25,040 bases of DNA, taken from a virus (lineage: Duplodnaviria; Caudoviricetes). The DNA lies in IMG/VR virus record IMGVR_UViG_3300042465_004193, positions 1 through 25,040 of that record, one strand, 5' to 3'. The translations under genes were made by a program, and so were the position numbers. The notes beneath the pieces are model-generated. The model worked only from the letters and a program-made list of their open reading frames with translations. It ran no database searches and was not told the origin of the DNA. How positions within the stretch are numbered: position 1 is the stretch's first letter; every line of letters starts with the position of its first letter. Below, piece after piece: positions 1 through 7,523 of this stretch.

Positions 1-117
1 GCGTTCGAATGAAAAAAGAGAAGTTATATTAACCCCCAATTCTTTTAATCTCGGTTCAATCTCATTTAGCCATTGCTCCTGCGTGCAAGGCATTGATAGT
101 TTTTCTTTTGGTGTCAT
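1..117 (-). CDS. hypothetical phage protein, runs off the window edge (MTPKEKLSMPCTQEQWLNE...)
   Basis: ATG at 117 preceded by an A-rich leader (minus strand AACAACAAACAAA); frame open to position 1. Confidence 0.6.
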   Translation of the reverse strand, partial: MTPKEKLSMPCTQEQWLNEIEPRLKELGVNITSLFSFER

Positions 118-299
118 TTTGTTTGTTGTTTAAGTTATATAATTTGTTAATTGTTTTGTTGGTGCTTGTTAAATGTTTGCATAATTTTTTAGTAAAGTTT
201 CATTCACTTTGTCCAGTTAATTCGTTAAAAAACAAGACATTACATCCTTTGTAAATATTGCAGGTGTTAAATCTTATGGATTCCACCTATAGATGTTTT

Positions 300-548
300 C
301 TATAACAGCTTAACCCAAATGGGGGTTTTAGCCCCCATCCAAGTTCCACGTACATTACAATCAAAAAAATTTAAGGCTTTATCATACTCTATCCCCTGAC
401 TCATCAAAATCTCAATGCATTTATCTACAGAATAAACTAATCGCATTTCCTCCTCCTCTATGCCAATAACCGCATTGTCAAAACCATCAGCCTTGACAAA
501 CTCTTCATTTGGATAGGTATGTATTATTTTATTAAGAACCTGCTTCAT
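300..548 (-). CDS. conserved-type phage hypothetical protein (KADGFDNAVIG motif)
   Basis: ORF 300..575; likely start MKQVLNKII at 548 overlapping the groEL 3' end; ADGFD.A.IG / YS..K.I..L pattern resembles a common aquatic phage family (from memory). Confidence 0.7.
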   Translation of the reverse strand: MKQVLNKIIHTYPNEEFVKADGFDNAVIGIEEEEMRLVYSVDKCIEILMSQGIEYDKALNFFDCNVRGTWMGAKTPIWVKLL

Positions 549-2148
549 ACGTCCTTGACATCGTAATGATAGCATTCGTACTTAGTATAGTTATTGCAAC
601 TGAGACTGCATTCTGTAGTGCGCTTCTCGTTACCTTTAATGGGTCAATAACACCCATCGAAATTAAATCTCCCATCTTACCATCTTTCAGGTTATAACCC
701 CAACCCTCTTTTTTCTCACCGCTATAAATATCTTCAGAACTTAATCCTGCATTAGTTAATATTTGCTTTAGTGGTGACTCAATTGCAAGCTGAATAATTA
801 AACTCGCAATCTTATATTCGTCAGATGCATCCTTTGCTACAAACTCTGAGCAGTTAATCTCGTACAACGCCTTACCTGCACCCGCTAATATCCCCTCTTC
901 CAAGGCTGAACGTACCGCGCATACCGCGTCGTCTACTCTATCAAATAATTCCTTCTGCTCCAAGTCAGTGTTACCACCAACGTAGATTACACCAACACCC
1001 CCCGTAAGTGATGCAATTCTCTCTAAGATAAAGTCCTTGTCCGTCTTTCTCTTTGCCATTGCGTGAGCGTCCCACAATTGTGCTACACGCTCAGCAATTA
1101 ATGTCTCGTCCGCCTTTGCAGTTGACTTAACAAGTACCGTGCTGTCTCTACCAACAATTACTCTACTTGCGTGACCTAAATCAGCAAAACTGATATGGGA
1201 CAAATCATCTCCGGTTTTCTCGCTGAAGTACGTAGCTCCGACGCTAATAGCAATATCTTGCATCAGCTCGTGCTGCTTGTACCCAAAGTTCGGTGGTTGA
1301 ATTGTACATATCTTTAAGTTGTTCTTCATTACGTTAGCCGCAATAGTGTTAACCACATTGGTAGAGCACGGTGCAATGATTAATAATTTTTTACCCTCAG
1401 ATATAATTGGTTTTAATACGTTCTCAATCTGCAAGATGTTACTAATATCCACATCTGCTACCATTACCATCACGTCCTCGAATATACACTCGTCCTTCTT
1501 TTGGTTATTGATAAACAGCTGAGACGAGTAACCTCTCTCAATCTTTAATCCTTTAGTGGTTTCTGCGTAGGTGTCCGCAGTCTGCGACCTTTCGACGGTC
1601 ACGATACCATTCTTACCCACCTCTTTATATACCTCAGAGATAATTTTACCTATCTCCTTGTCGTTGTTTGCCGATATAGTTGCCACATCGGACAACATTG
1701 CGTTACTTACCTTCTTACTTTTTTTGACCAACTTGTCCACCACCTTAGTGGTTATGTCCGATAGCGCTCTTAATACTTCTGTTCTGTTGTGCCCTTCTTT
1801 AATTGAATCAAGACCGCCTAATACCAAAGCCTCGGTTAGCACAATTGCAGTGGTCGTACCGTCACCGGCACTCGTAGCAGTTCTGTCTGCCGCCTCTTTC
1901 ATAATCTTAACCGCAAGGTTTTCTACAGGGTCTAACAAGTCAATAGACTTAGCTACCGTTACCCCATCCTTTGTTACCGTAATACCGTGTGTGTGATTTG
2001 GTGATTCAATTAACACCGTGTTTCCACTTGGACCTAATGTGCTCTTGACAGCCTTCGCCATCAACTTAACACCATTAGCTAATTTTTCTCTACCCTGCTC
2101 GTCGAACTGTAAGTTCTTAGGAGAGTACCCTAAATTTTCTGTTTGCAT
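532..2148 (-). CDS. groEL: phage-encoded group I chaperonin GroEL (Cpn60)
   Basis: 538 aa; motifs STLGPSG, TKDGVTVAK, AGDGTTTA, GGVGVIYVG, RVDDAVCA, GVIDPLKVTRSALQNAVS. Confidence 0.97.
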   Translation of the reverse strand: MQTENLGYSPKNLQFDEQGREKLANGVKLMAKAVKSTLGPSGNTVLIESPNHTHGITVTKDGVTVAKSIDLLDPVENLAVKIMKEAADRTATSAGDGTTTAIVLTEALVLGGLDSIKEGHNRTEVLRALSDITTKVVDKLVKKSKKVSNAMLSDVATISANNDKEIGKIISEVYKEVGKNGIVTVERSQTADTYAETTKGLKIERGYSSQLFINNQKKDECIFEDVMVMVADVDISNILQIENVLKPIISEGKKLLIIAPCSTNVVNTIAANVMKNNLKICTIQPPNFGYKQHELMQDIAISVGATYFSEKTGDDLSHISFADLGHASRVIVGRDSTVLVKSTAKADETLIAERVAQLWDAHAMAKRKTDKDFILERIASLTGGVGVIYVGGNTDLEQKELFDRVDDAVCAVRSALEEGILAGAGKALYEINCSEFVAKDASDEYKIASLIIQLAIESPLKQILTNAGLSSEDIYSGEKKEGWGYNLKDGKMGDLISMGVIDPLKVTRSALQNAVSVAITILSTNAIITMSRTYEAGS

Positions 2149-2175
2149 TTAATTTGATTTAATGTTGTGTGTTTG

Positions 2176-2183
2176 CAAATATA
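2176..2183 (-). promoter_or_regulatory. Bacteroidota-type -7 promoter element upstream of groEL
   Basis: CAAATATA on + equals TATATTTG (TAnnTTTG) on -, 27 bp upstream of the groEL ATG. Confidence 0.55.
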
Positions 2184-2228
2184 ACAAATATCGCTAATAC
2201 AGAAAAAATATTTTACTTATTTTTGGAT

Positions 2229-2636
2229 ATGAATAATATCATTGCCACTTACCGCTATATACCTTATGGTACGAAAGTTAATGTAGTCGTTACCAATGAC
2301 ATCGCCTCGTCAATTTTACAATACGACTCAGACTACGACGAGTCGGTAGACTACAGCGGTTGGGTGGCATCCTTCGTAGAGGGTAAATTAAATACCTGCT
2401 ATATTATCCTCAAGCAAGAGGCGACCATTAGCGACATCATTCACGAGGTCACGCACCTTGTGCAGTACGTGCTAAAGTATCACAATGTAAACATCGCAGA
2501 CGAATTAGATGAGAATATGGCTTATGGTATATCCTTTTGGTCTGAGCTAATATTAGCCTCTGTGAGACCCGATACCCCATATCTAACAGATTGGGTTAGA
2601 GCGCAGGCTCAAATTGCTCAGAGCCCTTCAAATTAA
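2229..2636 (+). CDS. putative zincin-like metallopeptidase (HEXXH)
   Basis: IIHEVTHLVQ followed by a downstream acidic DENMAY segment; ATG at 2229 preferred over GTG at 2169. Confidence 0.7.
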   Translation: MNNIIATYRYIPYGTKVNVVVTNDIASSILQYDSDYDESVDYSGWVASFVEGKLNTCYIILKQEATISDIIHEVTHLVQYVLKYHNVNIADELDENMAYGISFWSELILASVRPDTPYLTDWVRAQAQIAQSPSN

Positions 2637-3183
2637 ATTTAAAGGCTGCTCCTACTCTCATTTGTCCCGTCACTAAATCATAACCAACAAAGTAGAAGTG
2701 CGGCTGATAAGCCGGGGTAAATACTCCGTCGACAGATAGACTCACTCCTTTTTTACCAAAGAGCACCGAACCTCCTACACCAATTGATGCCTGCTTCTTA
2801 TGGACCATATAATTGGTCTTAGTAATCTGAGCCTGCGTCATTTTAAGTGATGCCAATCTTGATTGAATAGCGTTCTCAGATATGCGCTCCGTTAAAAATA
2901 ATTTAGCTCCCGTAAACTCTATACTATCTTCGTAGGTCTTTGTAGCATAATAGTCTCCTACTACGTACGATGTATCCACCACCGTATTAATGATGGTATC
3001 ATTTTTAATTATGGTCTTAGGTACTAATTTAGTAATGTATTTGGTCTGCGCAGGTAGCTCAACGTACTGCGTGTCAATTTTTACAGTGTCTAATGTTAGA
3101 TTATTGGCACCATTGTGACAACCATTTCTAAGTAATGCAATAGCAAAAACTATTGCTAAAGCCCATCCAAGCGTGTTTTTCAT
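2596..3183 (-). CDS. secreted or membrane-anchored phage protein, possibly a lysis accessory (spanin-like)
   Basis: N-terminal hydrophobic helix followed by RNGC, a T/D/I-rich DT-repeat stalk and a C-terminal beta-rich region. Confidence 0.6.
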   Translation of the reverse strand: MKNTLGWALAIVFAIALLRNGCHNGANNLTLDTVKIDTQYVELPAQTKYITKLVPKTIIKNDTIINTVVDTSYVVGDYYATKTYEDSIEFTGAKLFLTERISENAIQSRLASLKMTQAQITKTNYMVHKKQASIGVGGSVLFGKKGVSLSVDGVFTPAYQPHFYFVGYDLVTGQMRVGAAFKFNLKGSEQFEPAL

Positions 3184-3185
3184 AT

Positions 3186-3370
3186 TTATGTCGTTATGTC
3201 GTTTTTTAATCTCCCTATATATATATATATATTTCCTCCTTTTATATATTTATTTTCTATTAGAAACTAACTTTAAAATTGACATTTTCGACATTCTATT
3301 AATAATCAATTAGTTAACTATCAATAATCGTCGTAAAATCTAACATCTTAATGTCGATATTCTAACATTG
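3186..3370. promoter_or_regulatory. origin-like element, copy A
   Basis: (TA)n at 3216-3232; TTAAAATTGACATTTTCGACATT at 3273; IHF-like AATCAATTAGTTA at 3304-3316; repeated GACAT/ATGTC boxes; homologous to 14130-14270. Confidence 0.55.
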
Positions 3371-3394
3371 TAATTACTTTGTTATTACTTTGAT

Positions 3395-3427
3395 AAAAAA
3401 AAGAGGAGCCTAACTAAAGACTCCCCT
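3395..3427 (-). terminator. Rho-independent terminator
   Basis: minus strand AGGGGAGTC-loop-GGCTCCTCT followed by a T run, downstream of the 3460..3603 ORF. Confidence 0.8.
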
Positions 3428-3459
3428 AAACCAAAACATATAACTATAACAAACAAATA

Positions 3460-3603
3460 CTATTTCATCAATTCTTGTTTCTTCAATTGGACTATGTTCT
3501 TAGCCTTAGCAGCCTTAGCAGCTAATATAGACTTACCCTTATCTCCTTGAAAATATTTCTTTACACCAAAGGCACTATCGCCTCTGTCCTTACCGCCCAT
3601 CAT
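3460..3603 (-). CDS. small basic hypothetical protein (47 aa, MMGGKDRGDSAFGVKKY...)
   Basis: not in the ORF track; TAATG overlap with the upstream gene; ends in TAG before the terminator. Confidence 0.6.
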   Translation of the reverse strand: MMGGKDRGDSAFGVKKYFQGDKGKSILAAKAAKAKNIVQLKKQELMK

Positions 3604-3830
3604 TACTTAATGAATTTTACGTACTCGGGACCCTCAGACATCTCAGACCTTCTGTTGCCCATAGCTACCGCTTCAGCCATCATCTCAATCTTACCTGCCT
3701 TCTTTAATTCTTTTCTTGCAATTGCAGCGGCAGTGATACCTGAGATACCTGTATTAGGTCTGTCGTTAATCAATCTACCGTTCTTTACCGTCAAACCACT
3801 TAGGTTTGCACTGTTTTTAAAATTATCCAT
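3603..3830 (-). CDS. small basic hypothetical protein (75 aa, MDNFKNSANLSG...)
   Basis: 3' part of ORF 3603..3965; ATG at 3830 lies just downstream of a TATCTTTG promoter element. Confidence 0.7.
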   Translation of the reverse strand: MDNFKNSANLSGLTVKNGRLINDRPNTGISGITAAAIARKELKKAGKIEMMAEAVAMGNRRSEMSEGPEYVKFIK

Positions 3831-3856
3831 ATGATATATAATAAGGTTTAATAATA

Positions 3857-3864
3857 CAAAGATA
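3857..3864 (-). promoter_or_regulatory. Bacteroidota-type -7 promoter element
   Basis: CAAAGATA equals TATCTTTG on the minus strand. Confidence 0.6.
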
Positions 3865-4098
3865 TAAAAAAATATTAGATGATAATAGTGTCGGGGCTGT
3901 ATAGCGGTTTGGCGAGCCGACCCCCGCGACGGAAACGGAATTTTTTTCGGCAGGGGGGGGTGCAATTCCTCCGCGCGCCTCCAAATTTTTGGCGTTTTTG
4001 TGTGGGTACCTTAGCACCTGAATGAATGCCCGCGCGCGATAAGATAAGCAACAAAGGCACCGCGCAATGTAGGTTAATCAATTCGCGACACGTCCGCG

Positions 4099-4118
4099 CA
4101 CCGCACCGCACCGCACCG
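4099..4118 (+). repeat. 5-bp tandem repeat (CACCG)4
   Basis: CACCGCACCGCACCGCACCG. Confidence 0.9.
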
Positions 4119-4198
4119 AAAAAATACAAATTGAATACAGGACGCAAAAACAAAAATAAAAAATAAAAAAAAGAAAATCGCTGAAAGCCTTTGCCCGC

Positions 4199-4214
4199 GT
4201 GTCTTTGAAGACAC
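4199..4214. repeat. 16-bp palindrome copy 1 GTGTCTTTGAAGACAC
   Basis: direct reading; one of six copies. Confidence 0.9.
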
Positions 4215-4356
4215 AAAGCAAATTAAAAAAGGCGCCTGAATAGAGGCGGTTCCGTCCCTCCCTCCGTAAACATTGTAAACCTGAAAAAAAACTTTGCACC
4301 TGAAACGCCTATAAACATTGACGTTTAAAAATAATTGTAAAAAAAAGTATAATATA

Positions 4357-4388
4357 TTTGCATATTAAATAGTATTGCACTATAATTG
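4357..4388 (+). promoter_or_regulatory. Bacteroidota-type early promoter
   Basis: TTTG (4357-4360), 20-bp spacer, TATAATTG (4381-4388), upstream of the first plus-strand gene. Confidence 0.6.
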
Positions 4389-4447
4389 CATACCCAATGC
4401 ACACAGCAAAGGGACAAAAAAAACGTAACTAACTAAAAATCAAACAA

Positions 4448-5092
4448 ATGACAAATTTATTAAACATTGAGGCTTCATTCCTCAACATTCCTGAGGTTAA
4501 ACAAGGTTTAAACCTATTAGAAATTAAAAGATTAAACGCCACACTATCAAACGGGCAAAAAAAGAAATTCGCGACCACGTTAACCCTTAGCGCTGTAGTT
4601 TTAAAGGCGTTCGAGTGGTATAGCAGTGACGCGGGTAAACAGCTAATGAGCAATGAGGGTATTTCGTGGACGGCGGAGGATTTCGCAAATAAGGTATTCG
4701 GGTGGCAAAAATCGTATTTCTATAAAGTAGTTAAGGCGGGCAAATTAGCGCCTGAGGTAGTGGATAATTTTAACGCGAAATGTGACGAAATTGAGGCGGG
4801 CGGTGACGAGCCTAATAGAACCTTAGAGGGTTTATTAAAATTCGCAAAGGCGGTGGACGAAAATACCAATGTAGGTGGAGAGAGTGACGGAGAGAGTGAC
4901 GGAGAGAGTGAGAGCGCGGAGGTGGAGGTGCGGGTGCCCACTATATTGACGTTCACATTTAAACCTGAGAACGACAAAAACGTAGCGGTGCGAATAGACG
5001 CGAACGGAGTAATAAAGACCACTAATAGCAACGACGAAATTTATAGCGCCTTGCAAGTATTAATGAACAAATTAGCTGAAAACCAAAATTAA
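4448..5092 (+). CDS. first early gene, putative HTH-type DNA-binding protein with an acidic linker
   Basis: 214 aa; WTAEDFANKVFGWQKSYFYKVVKAG resembles the HTH-like segment of DUF3102/ParB-type phage proteins; GESD repeats. Confidence 0.6.
   Translation: MTNLLNIEASFLNIPEVKQGLNLLEIKRLNATLSNGQKKKFATTLTLSAVVLKAFEWYSSDAGKQLMSNEGISWTAEDFANKVFGWQKSYFYKVVKAGKLAPEVVDNFNAKCDEIEAGGDEPNRTLEGLLKFAKAVDENTNVGGESDGESDGESESAEVEVRVPTILTFTFKPENDKNVAVRIDANGVIKTTNSNDEIYSALQVLMNKLAENQN
4877..4911 (+). repeat. 12-bp tandem repeat (GGAGAGAGTGAC), about 3 copies, encoding GESD
   Basis: direct reading. Confidence 0.9.
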
Positions 5093-5095
5093 TCA

Positions 5096-5111
5096 GTGTC
5101 TTTAAAGACAC
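5096..5111. repeat. 16-bp palindrome copy 2 GTGTCTTTAAAGACAC
   Basis: perfect palindrome 3 bp after a stop codon. Confidence 0.95.
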
Positions 5112-5130
5112 ATAAAACCCCCTAAAAAAT

Positions 5131-6060
5131 ATGAAAACAACACAAAAACAAATCGGCATTGAGTACACGTTAACGGGTGACAGCACCCGCGGTGAAATTA
5201 CGGGCTACCATCGTAAACCTGAGGCGCTAAAATTAAATAAGACGCCTTATAGAGTGGATATATCAGGTTTAAAAACTGCGGGCGTACGTCAAGCTATAAA
5301 AATTGACGGCGCGGTTTACGAGTCTAAATTTACGATAGGTATGGAGGTGGAAAAAAATAATTTGCATCGAGGCGCGGTGCGCGAATATGAATTGTTTTGC
5401 GGGTTTGAGCGCGACGGGTCGTGTGGGTATGAGGCGGTGACACATATACTGCCTTTGATACCTGAAAGCAAATGGCGTACAAAAATTTACGATATGATGC
5501 ACAAAGCGGAGAAAATCATCGATGACCGCTACAGCCCGTCAAGCAGTAATTGTGGTGGTCACATTACATTGGCGGTGGACGGAATGATGGGTGAGCAATT
5601 AAATTTTGAGGTGCGAAAATATTCGGGCATTGTGCTTGCAATGTTTAGAAATAGACTAAAAAACGTGTACTGCGGTGCCAATCGTCGAATGCAAGCAGGG
5701 TATATGAGCGAGTATAACAGCGCGCCCGCGGGACGTGGTACGTACGACCATAACGGGTGGCACTATAAATACCAAACAGCATTAGTTAAGGGTAATTTGC
5801 TCGAATTTAGATTGCCGAGCCGTTTCGAGTCGGTAAAGCAAATGATGCGTAGGTACGAATTAATGTATGAATTGGTAAACTTTGCGGTGAACGTGCAAGG
5901 GACGCAAAAAGCATTCTTTGCGAAAATACGCCCTATTATCCTATCAATGTATAACGGAGAAACGGAGAAAACCGACGAAATATTTAAATTGGCGGTGGAC
6001 TTTCAAAAATTTATTAACACGGGGGTGATTAGTGATGCAATAGCGCAGTACCTTAGGTAA
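5131..6060 (+). CDS. putative amidoligase (COOH-NH2 ligase, glutamine synthetase-like fold)
   Basis: motifs IGMEVE, ERDGS, GYEAVT, NCGGHI, HYKY, LEFRLP match the amidoligase-2 family pattern. Confidence 0.8.
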   Translation: MKTTQKQIGIEYTLTGDSTRGEITGYHRKPEALKLNKTPYRVDISGLKTAGVRQAIKIDGAVYESKFTIGMEVEKNNLHRGAVREYELFCGFERDGSCGYEAVTHILPLIPESKWRTKIYDMMHKAEKIIDDRYSPSSSNCGGHITLAVDGMMGEQLNFEVRKYSGIVLAMFRNRLKNVYCGANRRMQAGYMSEYNSAPAGRGTYDHNGWHYKYQTALVKGNLLEFRLPSRFESVKQMMRRYELMYELVNFAVNVQGTQKAFFAKIRPIILSMYNGETEKTDEIFKLAVDFQKFINTGVISDAIAQYLR

Positions 6061-6087
6061 GCGCTACGGGGGCGCTCAGGCGCTCCC

Positions 6088-6138
6088 GCTGTAGTGGAAT
6101 GAGTGTTCCACCTGATGAGTCTAAAAAGACGAAACGGC
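6088..6138 (+). ncRNA. type III hammerhead ribozyme (HH1)
   Basis: stem III GCUGU/ACGGC; cleavage triplet GUA (6091-6093); stem I GUGGAA/UUCCAC; core CUGAUGA (6112-6118); stem II GUC-UAAAAA-GAC; GAAA. Confidence 0.9.
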
Positions 6139-6161
6139 AAACCTTTAAACCAATAAACAAG

Positions 6162-6383
6162 ATGGACTTAACAAAATTTACAAAGGAAAAAATTACTGAC
6201 GAAAATTTAATAAACGCAATTACTTTTCAGGGTATTGACATTTGGGAAAGCGCCGACGGGAACCAATGGGTTACAGATTGGAACGGCAATTTAATATTGT
6301 GCAAAAACGAAGATTTGTGGTTAGGTGATGAGTGGGGAAGCACTGAAACGGAGATGTTTATTTTAAAACCTTTAAACCAATAA
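6162..6383 (+). CDS. hypothetical acidic early protein (MDLTKFTKE...)
   Basis: ATG at 6162 after an A-rich leader; the longer 6099 start runs through the ribozyme. Confidence 0.7.
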   Translation: MDLTKFTKEKITDENLINAITFQGIDIWESADGNQWVTDWNGNLILCKNEDLWLGDEWGSTETEMFILKPLNQ

Positions 6384-6386
6384 ACT

Positions 6387-6551
6387 ATGAAAAAACTAAA
6401 GATGGCTAAGTTGTGGGCAGTGGACTGCTTTTGCTTAGGTAAGTACGTGCAGATGTACACGTTCAAAAAGTGTTCAGATGCAGTAAAGATGGCGCTAACG
6501 ATTGACGGGGCTAAGGTAGAGCGTAGAGAGTGTTTAACGGACAAGTATTAA
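6387..6551 (+). CDS. small hypothetical protein (54 aa, MKKLKMAKLWAVDCFC...)
   Basis: fills the gap between neighbours; preceded by the same 20-bp leader as 6162. Confidence 0.6.
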   Translation: MKKLKMAKLWAVDCFCLGKYVQMYTFKKCSDAVKMALTIDGAKVERRECLTDKY

Positions 6552-6556
6552 AGCAT

Positions 6557-6781
6557 ATGGACAAGTTCAGAGTGTGCGGGATAACCTCAGAGGGATACCC
6601 GCAAGTAGAGGTGAGCGATTTATCGTACGATGAGGCGGTAAAGGAGATGAATAGGCGAAAGAGTTTCTTTCCTGATGTGGATTTCTATATTGATGTGGCT
6701 CCTGATGAGGCACCAATGCGCAGAATAAATACAAGGGAGGTGGCTGATGGTTGGGAGGATTTCTTTCCTGATTCACACTGA
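6557..6781 (+). CDS. hypothetical early protein (MDKFRVCG...)
   Basis: ATG at 6557 within ORF 6530..6781. Confidence 0.65.
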   Translation: MDKFRVCGITSEGYPQVEVSDLSYDEAVKEMNRRKSFFPDVDFYIDVAPDEAPMRRINTREVADGWEDFFPDSH

Positions 6782-6797
6782 GTGTCTTTAAAGACAC
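6782..6797. repeat. 16-bp palindrome copy 3 GTGTCTTTAAAGACAC
   Basis: perfect palindrome abutting a stop codon. Confidence 0.95.
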
Positions 6798-6798
6798 G

Positions 6799-6840
6799 GC
6801 TATGTATGGTATAAACAAGGGTTCGAGTCTCTTGCATAGC
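6799..6840 (+). ncRNA. tRNA-like minihelix (acceptor-like stem plus T arm, no anticodon arm)
   Basis: GCUAUG/CAUAGC stacked on CAAGGG/CUCUUG closing a 7-nt UUCGAGU loop; linker UAUGGUAUAAA contains a D-loop-like UGGUA. Confidence 0.65.
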
Positions 6841-6879
6841 GCGAGCAATATTGCTTAATTAAACCAAATAACAAACAAG

Positions 6880-7185
6880 ATGAACAAAAAAATGTATGTT
6901 GTAAAGTACAACGATGCCCACGGAAATGGGGACAATCAAAATTTAGAAGTTATAGTTGAAAATCGTAATCAATTTTTAAGTTGGTTGGATGAACATAACG
7001 AGAGTAGAGATGCCGAGCCTGAGACAGAAGATGAGTTCGAGCTTATACCTTTAAATGTATATTCCTCAGGGAGTATAACTATTCCTATTTATTATTACGA
7101 GGACGACGACAACGAAAAGGTTTACGACGTCGAGGAAATGACCAAAGAATTTGAGACGGCAATTTATCAATTAGAAAGAAAGTAA
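6880..7185 (+). CDS. acidic hypothetical early protein
   Basis: 101-aa ORF with an A-rich leader. Confidence 0.75.
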   Translation: MNKKMYVVKYNDAHGNGDNQNLEVIVENRNQFLSWLDEHNESRDAEPETEDEFELIPLNVYSSGSITIPIYYYEDDDNEKVYDVEEMTKEFETAIYQLERK

Positions 7186-7186
7186 G

Positions 7187-7375
7187 ATGAAAAAAAGAAC
7201 AATTTTATTAGCCTTAGGTGGCGTGATTTATTCGGGTGTGATAGTCTACCTGATGAGTATTTTAAACAGCCTCAATCCATTTGAGTGGGTGGTGCTGATG
7301 TGTACAATGTTTTTATCCTTAGGCGCAGTAGCGTACGGGTGTAATAGATTAGATAACAATTTAAACAACAAGTAA
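7187..7375 (+). CDS. small two-TM membrane protein
   Basis: 62 aa with two hydrophobic stretches. Confidence 0.7.
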   Translation: MKKRTILLALGGVIYSGVIVYLMSILNSLNPFEWVVLMCTMFLSLGAVAYGCNRLDNNLNNK

Positions 7376-7376
7376 G

Positions 7377-7523
7377 ATGGAGATTTACATCGAGTACCTA
7401 AACAAAGACAACGGCTACAAGGTAGCACGTAAAGACTTTGGTTCGTTCGAGAGCGCTCGCAGTTGGGGACAGCAGAACATTGACAATTTTATTTTGGATA
7501 TGATTAAAATTAAAGTATTATGA
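7377..7523 (+). CDS. small hypothetical protein (48 aa, MEIYIEYLNKDNGYK...)
   Basis: fills the gap; ATGA overlap with the next gene. Confidence 0.65.
   Translation: MEIYIEYLNKDNGYKVARKDFGSFESARSWGQQNIDNFILDMIKIKVL

Larger units (their letters stand above)
3885..4340. other. non-coding strand-switch region, probable genome terminus / packaging end
   Basis: divergent transcription on either side; abrupt GC-rich patches; G8 run at 3953-3960; (CCGCA)n at 4099-4118; long A tracts; no credible ORF. Confidence 0.55.

Noticed and set aside
3823-4299. ORFs 3823..4017, 3875..4216, 4078..4299 and the 5' extension of 3603..3965
   Set aside because: Translations reflect low-complexity repeats and homopolymers of a non-coding region
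6099-6161. N-terminal extension MSVPPDESKKTKR of ORF 6099..6383
   Set aside because: It is the hammerhead core read as codons; the A-rich leader points to ATG 6162
6672-6720. CTGATG/CTGATGAG at 6672-6710 as a third hammerhead
   Set aside because: No stem II followed by GAAA and no stem I/III pairing; encodes Pro-Asp(-Glu) in a CDS
6799-6840. Genuine tRNA gene
   Set aside because: No D stem, anticodon arm or CCA; only 42 nt
7439-7460. GGTTCG/GTTCGA as another T-loop element
   Set aside because: No closing stems; lies inside the 7377..7523 ORF
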